A DNA stretch of 64,000 nt from Paraspadella gotoi (taxonomy: Eukaryota; Animalia; Chaetognatha), in contig CM119263.1 of the NCBI GenBank assembly GCA_051294375.1, forward strand, positions 16,486,308 to 16,550,307, given 5' to 3'. Positions 27,941 to 40,300 of the stretch are shown in pieces; within the stretch, counting starts at the first letter, position 1, and each line of letters opens with the position of its first letter. A model generated the notes under the pieces. It was not told the origin of the DNA, searched no databases, and was given only the letters and a program-made list of their open reading frames with translations. The position numbers and the translations under genes are program-made.

Positions 27941-30900
27941 CTAGGATGAAAAGAAAAGTATAATTTATGAGGTTGTTACATTTCCCGAGCCATTCGGTTA
28001 TATTTTGGTATTATATGCATAATTTCTCACCGAAAAACGCGTTGGACGAAGAGTGACGTTCGTGGTTGGCGTCGACGCAATCTATTTCCGGATCAGATTG
28101 CATCCTGGAATCGATCCTCGATTCCATCTCCGGTTCCATCGTCGGTTCAATCTCTGGCGCTGGCAAAACCGGAAGTAGGGAGTGACTCGACGTTAAAAAG
28201 TCCATCTTTTTTCTAAATAACAAAAAAATTAAGTATTTTTAAAAAATTGATTAAAATTTCCTTAAAACATCCGGTTTCGGCAAATCGAACCTGAAGGCGA
28301 CGGGATCATTTCCGTATTTTCCAAATTTTTTTCGAAACTTCGTCGCTTGACGCAACATCTTTTCGACACGTTCGTCCTCTTTGGTCATTAGTTCTTCTGA
28401 ACGAGTAACGGGTAAATAAAGAAGGGAGCGTTACGAGAATCAGTCCATTTTTCTTAATTCGCTTTTTTAAAAAAAAAAATCTAATTCGAAATTTTATCCG
28501 GTTATTAAAAAAGGGTCGCTCACTTTCACCGTCGATCCTCGTGATTTCTCTGTTCAAATCCGCCAAAGTCGATTGGAATCTTTCGTCGAACCAAGATGGC
28601 AGCGAAGTTTCTCCTAAGACGCAAAGAAGATTTTTTCTAACTAATGTAACTTTTGAAATTTAATCTTTCGTCTTTTTTTTTTTACCAAATGAATTGGTTC
28701 GTTTATTATTTTAGTAGTAGTTTAGCATATTGTTTAAATTGTAATATTCTTCTTTTCGTCCGTTTTTACTTTTTAAATTTAGGTTTTTATCATTCGTTCA
28801 TTGGTCATCCATATCCTTCCCACCTCGGGCCTTGCAGTCCTCGACGCGCCTCTTGATCTCCTTCAAACTCTGGATCTCGTGATGGAGTCGTTGAAGGCGC
28901 TCTTGACAGGTCAACAGGTCCACCTCCAGATCGAGGGGGGTACGGGGAGTGGAAGAGGGAAAGCTTGGTTTCTGAAAGGGGAAAAATGTTAAAGAGAAAA
29001 AATAGAAAAAAAAAAAAAAGAAAAGCCTAATTAAAAGAATATTACTAGATCGCGGGAGAAAACAATCCCAAAAAAGGGACAAACAAAAACGAGCATCCCA
29101 GGGAACGAACCAAAAAAAAACAAAAAAACAACCGAATGTCTATGAATAATTGAAAGGAGGCAAAAGGAGAATAAACTATCCCGGCGACCCGACTACTCGA
29201 TGAATATGAATGTCTATGAATATGAATATGAATATGAATATGAATATGAATGTCTATGAATAATTGAAAGGAGGCAAAAGGAGAATAAACTATCCCGGCG
29301 ACCCGACTACTCGATGACTCACCCCTCGCCCCGACAGCGCCTCCCCGTGGCCGACGTTGTTGCGGTCGTCGCCCTCGGGGTCGACGGACATCGGGGATTC
29401 CGGTTCGCGCCCCTTGGGGCCGAAGGTCTGCGACCCCGAGGGGCTGTATCGATGGAGGAAGGGTCTTCCGCCGGCCAGAGGGGATTGCTTGGAGAGAAAG
29501 GGGGAGGGGGAATTTTGGGCAGAATAGAGTGTAATGCAAAATTTATGAACCTAAAGGTCAGACGATTACCCTAATCACATCAAGTTTTGCAGGCCTAAAA
29601 TAGAAAAGGGGCAAAAAGATCTTATTAATAAATAATAATAATACTATAATCTACTAGTAGAGCCTCTGGAAATACCGAGATTTAAACCAGATTCTATTAA
29701 AAATAATTTTAAAAAGGAAAAAAAAGCAAATATTTTTTTTAAAAATCATTTTTAATTAATTAATACGATTTAATTTTTTTTTTTATTTAAGATTGAATTC
29801 GTTTTCTAATTTTCCCTTTTCAATGGAGATTTTTTACGCCATCCCCACCCACCCAACCATCTTCTATCCTCCAACCCAACCTTCTGTCCCCTAATGCTCT
29901 TCCTTTCCACGGCGTTGCGATGGAACTGGTTCCGCCTGTAAATCGCAACGGCGCCGTCTGAATCGCTTCGATTCAATTTGCATAAGTGCGAAGCGGCGGC
30001 GGCTGCTCCGTCCTCTTCGTTGGTCGTGAAGGTTTTCGACCGACGAACTTTGCTGTTTCTTTCTGCGTCTGGAAATCAGGCGAGGGTAAGGGGGTAAGTG
30101 GGAGGAGGGAAGGGATTAGGGTAAGTGGTCGCGAGACAAAGGGGAAGGAGGAAAAAAGTCAGATTGGTTGAGAAGTGGCTTTAGTAGCACTTAGGAAGAA
30201 ATTGTTTATCTTGGAAAAACGAGGAGAAAATAGAACTGGAAAGTTTGTTTTTAAAACGATTGTACATTGTACATATTATGTGTAAAAAACGACAAAATAA
30301 TTCTGAAACATTCACACGCATCGATTCACTGTCCTTTGGTTTCACCTTGCAACGCGGCGACGGCGGAAACGGCGTGCTTAGACCGCGGGCCCCGTCGCCC
30401 TCTAGCGCGGACTCGGAACTGACCCTCCGTGTTGGTGCCGACGTCCACCATCTCTACTTCCGCTTTAGACACGCCCACTTCCGGTTCGCGTTTGGCCGAT
30501 GAATCCTGAGTGCGAGAAAGAAAAAGAAAAAGGGAAATGAGTAGCCGAGTGGAGAAGAATGGAAACGAAATTTAAAAAAAAAAAGAACAAAATCAAAATT
30601 CTTAGTTTTACGTTTCTCATTAAAACAAATGTCACATACCAAGAGATTAGCGTTGTCTTCGTCGTCGTCATCGTCGTTTTCTGGGTCGTCGCTTTCATCG
30701 TCGTCGGCGTAATCGTCGTCATCGTCGTCATCGTCGTCATTGAGTCGGAATCTCCTTTCGCGAGATGGCGTGACGTCACGTTCTCGTAACTTTGAAGATC
30801 CGATGGGCGCCTCTGCCGGTTGAGGACCTAGAAATCTCTGGAAAAATAAAAGAGCAACGACTGCGTTTGACGGAAAAGATCTCCGAGTCCATTGAGGAAA

Positions 30901-33900
30901 AAAAAATTAAAGGATGGCGGGAATAAAAAGGGAGGAAAAAAAAATTAATGAAGAGAAAAATAGATAAAGCTAATTATAACTGAAAAGAGGGGAATCATTA
31001 ATTAGAAAGAACGACAGAAAGAAAGAAAAAAAAAACGAAAGAGAGGGAAAAAAACAACAGTAAAAAAAAAACCCTTTAAATAGAAAAATGGGAAAGAAAA
31101 ATTAACATCACATCAAAGCAAAAAAAAAAAAAAATCAACTATCAAGAAAAGGGGGAAAAAAATTGACAAGAGAGAAGGAAAAGATAAAAGAAAAAAAATT
31201 GAGGAAAAAAGTGAAAAACAAAAGGCGAATCGACAAAAGCTGTCACAGACTCGACGCCTCAATCGCCGACGAGATCTCACCCTCAACTCTGAAGATGTCA
31301 TGGGAAGTTGGCTACTCTTCAGAAACGCCGAAGTGGAAATTAAATCGTTTTCCTCTTCGTCTTCCTCCTCGTCGTCGTCGTTATCGTCGTCGTCAACGTC
31401 GTCGCTGTCGTTGCCTTCGGCCATCATAGCGTCATTACCTTAAATATGTATGAAAGTTTATGAATTTTAGTATTTGAACAAGTTTTTCTTTTTTTCTTTT
31501 TCCTCTCATTCCTTTCCATATGTTTCTTTCCTTTCCTCTCTTTTCCTTAGCTTTCCTTTACTTTCCTTAACTTTCCTTAGATTTTCTTTACTTTGCTTTA
31601 CTTTCCTTTCCTTTCCTTTTCTTTTTTCTATTTCATATCTTCTTCTCTCCTTTCCTCTTCTTTCCTATTCTCTTCTTTCCTTTCCTTTCCTTTCCTTTTA
31701 TTTCCTTATCTTTATTTTTCTTTCCTTTCCTTTACGTTACTTTCCTTTCCTCTTTTTTCTTTTTCTCTCCTTTTTCTTCTAAATTATATTTCTTTTCTTT
31801 CCTCTCTTCTCCAATCTCTTCCTTTCTTTTTTTTTCTATTCATTTCTTTTCTTCTCGTGTTCCCCCCATTTCTCTCCTTTCCTTTTATTTCCTTCCCTTT
31901 TCCCTTTCCTATTCCCACCTTTTTCCTCACCCTGATTCCTCGTGAGCGTGGAGGTCTGACTCGAGTTGATCGTCGATTCGTCGGAACTCGTCTCCGCCGG
32001 AAGTTCCGAGCCTCGAGTCAACGTGGAGGACGCCGTTTCCGGTTGAGGCGGCGTCGGTGGAGATCGGGGAGGTGGAGGGGATCGAGTCGAAGGTGGAGGG
32101 GATTGAGGGGGAGCCGGGGGAGCAGGGGGAGGAGACTGCGAAAGCGGTGGAGGGGATTGAGAAGAGGGAAGAGGAGACAGAGTTCTGGGCGAAGGGTGAG
32201 AGAGTCTCCATCGAGCGGCGGTCATGATCACGGACGACGCGGAAGACGACGACGTCGACGACGACGAGGACGACGAAGTCGCGACGGGAGACGAAACGGA
32301 AGATTCTGAAAAGGGAAAGTGAGAGAGAGAGAGAGTGTGTAGGGAGAAAAGGAGGGTGGAATGAAATAGAGAGGGAGTGAGTTAAGCGTAGAGAGAAAGG
32401 GATGGGAGAGAGAGAGAAGAGAAAAAATAAGAAGAAAGGGGAAGGAGGAAAGGAGGAAAGGAAGGGGAGGAGATTTTGAGAGACAGGCGGTGACGTCAAG
32501 GATTTAATACGAGAATAAGAAGAGAGAAAAAAAGGGAAATGATGGAGTCTTTCATTCAATATGCAAAGGGGGAAAAAAAGCCGGCCAGTCGATGCAAAAA
32601 GGGAGAACCAGTTGTCAGAACGAATTCGTCGTCGTTGTCGTCGTCGTCGTTGTCGTCGTCCCCATCGTCGTCATCTTCGCCATCGTCGTCGTCGTCGTTT
32701 CCACTTGATATTTTGCTGGTTGTCGTCTTCAAGAAGAGAAGAATAAAATAGAGCAAGTTGGTGCCAAACTAGAAACTCTCGCGACCTCAATTTATTGCCA
32801 TCTCCGTTGTCACACACGGGATGCATTAAAGTGATAGAGAGAGAAGAAAGAAACGAGGATAAAAAAAAAGAGCATATGGAGAAAATAGGGTAGAAAATTG
32901 ATTGAAAAAAACGGAACAGGAAAGAAAGGATGTGATTGCGAACGAAACGGCAATATCGTAATAAAAAATAAATAATAATGAGAATAAAAGAGTCTAAGGA
33001 TTGATGGAAAAATTGTTTTAATAAAAACCAAAAAAAAAAGAAGAAAATTCGCCCCCCCCCCAAAAAAAAAGATAGGATCAGATCAGATAGAATAAGTCTC
33101 ACTTGGGTGTTCGGAGTGGCTGGTCATGGGTTGTCTCAGTTTTTCTCCGTCTTCTCTCTTGAAAGAAATCAACGTCGATGCGGGCGTCGTCGTTTTATTC
33201 GTCGTCGACAACGTCGTCAATCCCGACGTTTTCATCGGCGTCGCTGACGGCGCGGTGACGGACGACGCTGACGGCGGCGTTGACAATTTCGAGAGCGTGA
33301 CGCCCGGCGATGGAGTGGACATTGTCGTTTGGATGAAAGGGTAAGGATCAGGAGGAGGAGGAGGAGGAGGAAGAGGAGAGTTTGCGAAAGTCGTTAGAGG
33401 ATGAAGACGAAACCAGGAGAAAAGCTCCTTCGACCTCAATCCAATTCCGAAAGGAAGATCTCGCAAACGCCCTGGAGAAATTGGGGGGGGGAAGGGGGAG
33501 CGAAAAGGTTTGGGGGGGGGGCAGTTGGGGAAGGGGGTTGGATCATATGGAGGCTAAGATAAGTCGTAGGAAAGAGAGAGAGAGTGGACAGTGAGTGAGA
33601 AATTGGTTCGGCGCGGAAGAGAGAACAGTGACAAAGTATTCCGTGGGTTAAGCCGGGGATTTCGCATCGGTGAACTGCTTTCTCTCACTGAGAGTCGCGG
33701 AATTATTTTTGACCTTTTTTCCCCGCCGTTCCCTTTTTTTTCGCATTCTGTGCCTTAATCTCCTTTATTTTCACCCTCCACCCTTCACCCCTCACTTTCT
33801 TGAATCCTCACCCTGACTCCTAATCACATCCCCCACCACCCCGGTCTTCTCACCAACACTCCCTCGGCCTCGTCGGATGAGTGACGCAGCGCCAAATCGA

Positions 33901-34040
33901 GTCTGCATCGTCGAATCTCATCGGCGCCTAATCGCGGCGCGTCTCGCCCGCGACCGAACTCGAAGGTTTCGGCTTCGAAAGCGGAATCGAGTCGCGCGTT
34001 CGTCACCCGAATTTCCTCTTTGTTGTTGTGTTTTGATTCT

Positions 34041-34072
<32 letters not shown>

Positions 34073-34702
34073 CTCTCCGCCCGTGACGTCGACGCCGACG
34101 ACGGGGACATCTCGCGTCGCAAACGAGCCGAGGATCGTTTCGTTCTGAAAGGGAGAAGAGAAAAAAAAAAAAGTCAACAGAAACGATGACGTCAAAACAA
34201 AAACAAAAACAAAAAAAATGGGAAAGAAGAAGGAAATTGGATGAAAGAATTTGAAGATTCGTTCTTTTCTTTCGCTCGCGCTCGATCCTTGTGATTGTTT
34301 TTGTAAACTTAGGTCGTTTCGATAAACTTTTCTCACCTTTCCTAGCGTGACAGGGAATCAGTAAAGCGTTAAGTATATTACAAATAAGATAACGCGTAGC
34401 TTCCACATCCATAAAAAAATATACTCCCTCACTCCTATTTTTCTTTTCACCAGCTCAGCGAAAAAAAATTACCTCTTCCTCATTTTCGTTCGACGCCATG
34501 TTTATCCTGGTTACCAGGCGACCGCGGGCCGACACCCGAGGAAGACGAAGACGATGACGCGGGCGAAAGGAGTCGGAAATTCGTGGTGGGAGATGTTCCA
34601 CCAGTGTCTCGAGGTGGCGACAGCGATGGAACGCCACCGTCAGAATGGCGAAATCGAATCTGGCAGAGGAGGAAATTATCCGAGTTCAGAGTGGAAACGG
34701 GG

Positions 34703-34794
<92 letters not shown>

Positions 34795-37345
34795 GAGACT
34801 GATCTGGATTTCCGCTTTCTTTTCCCATTCCTCCGCGTCTCCCAGAGATTTCCCAATATGCCAATTTTTCTCGCTCCCCTCATTGACTCGGTTGTCATGG
34901 AGACCGTCATCGTCGTCGTTGTTGTCGTCGTTACCGCGTGAGGGTCGATCCGACTGAGCGAGATAGGAAGGCTGAAGATTGGTAGAGGTGGAGGGGGGCG
35001 GGGAATGTTAAAAGGAAAAAAAAAATGTAAAAATCGTAAACTATAGTCAACTATAGTTTCAATAGTAAAAAAAAAAGCACCATCGTCACGTCTTTATCTA
35101 TCTTCGTCGTAAACAAATATTTATCATCATTTAAGCACGTCTGAAACGCTTCCAACTCCCGTTAAACTGTCACCATGGAAACCTGAAGTGAGGTCACGAA
35201 GGCGGGGTCGTTTCCTGCGCCGAAGGGGCGATCGTGGGGAAAGAGTTGTTGCGGTTGAGGATGCGAAGGAAGAAGATGAGGAGGAGGAGGAGGAGGAAGA
35301 GCGGAATGAGTTTGATGAGAAGGATAAGGAGGAGGGAGATCGAATGTTTCTTGTCCGATAGAGGGCGCGGTGAAAGGTAAATTCGACGCCGGTGAATAAA
35401 CGGAAGAAGAGGGAGAGCGGGGAGACAATTTTTCGTCGTGGGGACGAAGAGAGGAATTGGATTGTTCGAATTCGGAGTAAACGTGACGGAAGCGGGGATC
35501 GAACGCGGGACCTGGTCGTCAGGGAAGATAATGGTTTGTTACAAGCGAACAGGCTTTTACACTTTTATTAGGCATGTATATATCCAGATGTAATTTTAAA
35601 GGCCTATTTTCTACAAACCAGCATCGGAAGACGCACTAGATACGGACGAGTAAACCGGAAGCGAATCAAGCGGAGCGGTTTCGAAACCCGACGCGTCGCT
35701 TGGCAACGGATGTGAAAACGCGACGCCGGAAGAGTTAGGGATGGAATCGATCTGGGGGTACGAGTAAGGCTGAGGGTAAGGCGGTGGGAGAGACGGAGCA
35801 GTGGATGGAGACGTCTCGTGAGGAAGAAGGTAAGGACCGTAAACAATGGAATGTGAATGCGACGTTGGCACCGTCGACGCCGTCACGGATGCCATGGACA
35901 TTGGCGGCGCCAAAGACGACGCCATCGGCGGAATATTTTCCGCTTGATGGTGGAAGCGAATGTCTCTCGATTGAAGCTGAAAATCGAAATTAAATTTATG
36001 GAAATTAAAACAAAAACAAAACACGGAAAATTGCTAGAGCAAAACCAGTCTTTTTTATGAATAAATAAATTAATAAATATTTTTTTTATCGAAACGAAAA
36101 TTTTTTGAAATATCCACCGCCAACCTGTAAATTCCTTTGGTCGACGATTTCATTTTGCTCCAGAGAGGCAGCTCCAGCCGATCCCGTCGCTTCCGCTCCT
36201 CCTCCTTTGCCCCACCTCCCTTCTCCCGTCTGCTCCTGGTAGGACGGAGGCGGACCCAATTCGTAGGGGGACAAAGGAGCCGACGACAATGAGGACAGGG
36301 AAGAGTGGGGAGAAGAGAAGGATTGGGGGCTGCCGATCATTGGCAGGTGGGACGGGGGTCCTGGAAGGGTGAGTCACGGGTGAGTTTGGGAAACTCCGCA
36401 GGGCATTCAATTAAAGGAGAAAACGGTACGGTACGATAATCGTTTCGGGTCGAGGAACATTGGTCCCACTCTCACGGACGCGTTGCCCTTCAGGTGCCGT
36501 CATTAGTAGATCTAATTTTCCCCTATTTTTCGCATTAATTCAATGTAGTTTTGGATAAATTTAAAAAAAATTATACTGCACTTTTCACACCAACGTGTTT
36601 TTTTTTCACGGTTATTTCAATTCAAATATCCTTCTACGCTTCGAAATAAATGTGGCGGAATATTCACACCGCCTCAAGTTCGTCTTATCCTGGGAAGTCT
36701 TTTCCGTTCACTCTCAAAGCTAAAACTTAGCCCATTGTTCACGACTTTAGTTCCGACCGTTAACTTGGCATCTAATGCACTCATAGGCGATTAAATCCCT
36801 TTAATCCAGAAGCACTTTTCCTCTCTTATCCTGAGATTCCTTTTGATTCATGACTCGAGGGTGGGACTTAACGATGGTTATAACGTGACTCAAATTCCAT
36901 TCATTTCCTAACTCGCTTTTCATCATTTTTAATTGATTGGAAGGGAAGAGGGGTGAGAAGTGGGCAGGGAAAGGTGGCATGGAGAAGGGGGTGAGAATTC
37001 AATTCGTTACGGTCTTAAATAGCGATTCACCCCTTTTTCAGTCATGAGATGTTCACCAAAAAATTAACCCATCCTCCCGGAACCCCTACCCCGTCTCTCT
37101 CGCGCCTTTTCTCGGCCCTCCAACCCCGGGCGCCAATTACACCGCCCGCGGAGAGACGAATTACCGAGATTTCCGGTCTGCTCCTGAATCACGGGAATGG
37201 AGTTGGAGGCGCGGAGAGTCTTTTCGAGTCTGGGTCAAGGGGGAAATAATGGAATAAAAAGGCTAAGGTCAATTGGTGGATAATAGGAGTACAAAAGCAT
37301 TAGTTATTTATTAAACATACATTTATACATGCATACATACATACA

Positions 37346-37376
<31 letters not shown>

Positions 37377-40300
37377 CTTAACTTTTATCTTCAGAAAAAA
37401 AAGTTTTTATTTGTTATCAACAACGAGAGAGAAATAAAAGGTTACGATCAAAGAATTGAATTTTTTTTTAAAAGAAGTTATTGATATAAGTTATTAACTA
37501 AAAATATTCCATATTCATATGATCCACATAAAAACTTTGATGAAAGTTCAAAAATAATAATAATAATTTTTAACAAAAAGTTTTTCTTTTTCATTAACCT
37601 TCTCTGTAGCTCCGGCAGCTGCGATTCCTGCGCTGCTCCACCAGCGAGCGAATTGTGACTTCCGCGTAAAGATCCGGCACTGTTGGAGCGAAGGGAGGCC
37701 AGGGAGGAGCCGAGAGAACTGGAGCCGGATCCGCCGGACGAAAGAGAGAGCGTACTGGCCGAGAGACTGTGTCACGGGGGAAGAAAAAGTAATTTGTAAG
37801 GATTTCAGCTTAAGTTTCACTGAATCACTGTGGTAAAAAAAGCTCTTTAATTTATAACGAGATTATCGCTAAGATTACGATTAAACCGTTACCTAAAGGT
37901 TTTCTTTCAGGAAAAAACCAACAGAAAATTGTTTTACAAAGTACGTATAAGTCACATAAAATTCGGTAATCTTTAAAAACAAAATTATACTGCCTTTAAA
38001 CTTAAACTTAAGAGGAAATGAGATTTTATCGCCTTTTTGGTCGGTGATGCGTGCGAATTTCTTCTTCTTATCGATATTTGATTTACATAAAATCTCCTTT
38101 ATGAAACTTTAAAAGTCGATAATTGCATAAAATGGGGAGAAAAAATAGTTCGAGCAAAAACAATCACAAACATTAAAGAACCACCCTACTACCAGCATCA
38201 TCACCACCAACCTTCTCAACTGCGTCTCCAAATAATTCATCTGCTTCGTTGAAGCGACAAGATTCTTGAGAATCGTCTTCTTCTCGGCCTGCAGTTTGGC
38301 GCGGTGGAGGATGGCCGTTTGGGTCTTTTGTTTCGCCGCCTCTAAATCAGTCGCCAACCGCGAGATGTCCTCCATGAGGGCAACCACAGTCGGATTCGAG
38401 CTTGTCGACGATCCTAGCGTTAAGTAATACGGCAAAATTAAAGAAATACAATACAATATTACAACCTACACATCTGGTCAAAAAAAGTTTGATAGTTATG
38501 ATAAAAAGCTATTTGAAGTAAAACAATACTTTTTAGGACTAAGTTAATTAATATATTATCGGACCACCATTTGCTTCCTGCACCACGTCTATGTAACGAG
38601 GGAAAGAGTCGTAAAAGTTGCGCAAATATGAAGGGTTCAGCAAGAGCCAAATACATTTTATATTTTTTAATTTCGTCGATTGTATTGTACTGCCAAATAT
38701 CTTTTTTTATCCTTGACCAGATATTTTTGATGATATTGTAGTCAGGCAAGTTTTCGGGCTAACCTTCGAGTACCTCAATTCGGTTTTTCTCATACCACTT
38801 TTGATTTTTTTTGGCTTTATGGCCAGAAACTTTATTCTCTATTAAACGACTTGTAAAATTGTTTTTTTCTTCTCTCTATTTTTTTTAACTGGTTTGCAAA
38901 AGCCTTAAGTCTTGAATTGCAAAATTTTCCAGGTCATCGTCCTCGCTCTCCGTAGACATGCAAGGCTGCCTGCTTCTAACAGCTCATCCAAAATCTCCAT
39001 TTGTTTTAAATTTGTTAATAACTTTGTAGATGAAAGATGTAGATAAAATTCAACTGTTTGGCGATTTTATATCTTGACAAATCCACCTTCAGAAGCTCAA
39101 CAATTGTAGCTTTTTTGTGGGGGTTAGCTGTTTTGAAGTCTCCATATTACAAAAATATATAAAAATAATAAAAGAAAAATTGATAAAAAAATTTTTACGT
39201 AAAAAAAAATTATAAGATCTAATTTTAATCAAAAAATCAAATAAAAGAACAGTCAAGTGACATAGTAGGGGGTTCAAAGTTTAAACTTTTTTTGACTACA
39301 TCTGTAAATAAGTGAAAAATACATACATACATACATACATACATACATACATACATACATACATACATACATACTCAACCATTTGCTTCATTAACCCCAA
39401 TGCTAACCCTTGTCTGCCATCCTCGCGTGAAGCTCCTTCAACAAGGCCTCCTTCTCCAGGACGAGCTGAATTCTGTCCTTCTCTCCCTCCATCTGTCCGG
39501 GCGACATCTGCTCCTCGATCCGCGCCAAACGGATTTGAAGCTCTTGCACCTGTATGATGATTCAACATAAAAAAATTTTAAATTCTTTTTGAAAAATTAA
39601 GTGGTTCATATTTCATTTGAACCTGTGATCTGGTCTCGTCGTATTGGAAACGCATCCTGGCCATGTCCGCCAACTGAGCGCTCGAAGGAATGAACTCTCC
39701 GGCCAGATCTGTTTGGGAAGCGATCGAGGGCTGCAGAAGGGAAAGTTAGAGATGGTGCAATTGCCATAACGATGCAAAGACAACCGAATGCGCTCACTTT
39801 TTGCGCCGCAGCAGCCGCCGCAGCCTCCGCAGCGTTGGCGGAAGCTTCGGCAGCCGCTTCCGCTAACAACGCTCCTTCCGCCGCTTCCCGCGAATCTTCG
39901 CCGCCTCCGTTAGCGTCTCCGCCAGCGCCGTCAACGCCGCCGCCGATTGAGTTGAGTCCGGAAGACATCGACCGGAGAAAAAATTCGTCCCTGGGGAAAA
40001 TTGATTTTTTTTTGGGGGGGGGGGTTGAGTACGCCATTTTTGATTTATGGTTTTAGGTTGGCTGCCATCGAAAAACGAGATTCTTATTAAATTTTTTTTT
40101 TTACAGAAACAAAAACGGAACGATACCTTGCCTAGAACCTCGAATCATCCCGGCCACAATGCGCCTCCGCAATTCGCAACAAACGTTGACAAAGAAAAAT
40201 TACGAAAACGGCTAATCCGTTTTATGACGTTTTTATGGGGTAACAAGGAGTCGTATGAAAGGCCTTAACGGCAGCGGGCGACCGTGTTCGCTCCCGCGTT

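Noticed and set aside
34337-34412. Possible extra C2 exon (NALLIPCHARK|gtgaga)
   Set aside because: No acceptor, and its phase-1 end does not fit the phase-0 next exon. The flanking exons join directly.
35491-35515. tRNA T-arm/B-box-like strings here, at ~7661-7680 and at ~40637-40662
   Set aside because: No clear A box or cloverleaf, and this one lies within a kibra exon. Not called as tRNA or SINE.
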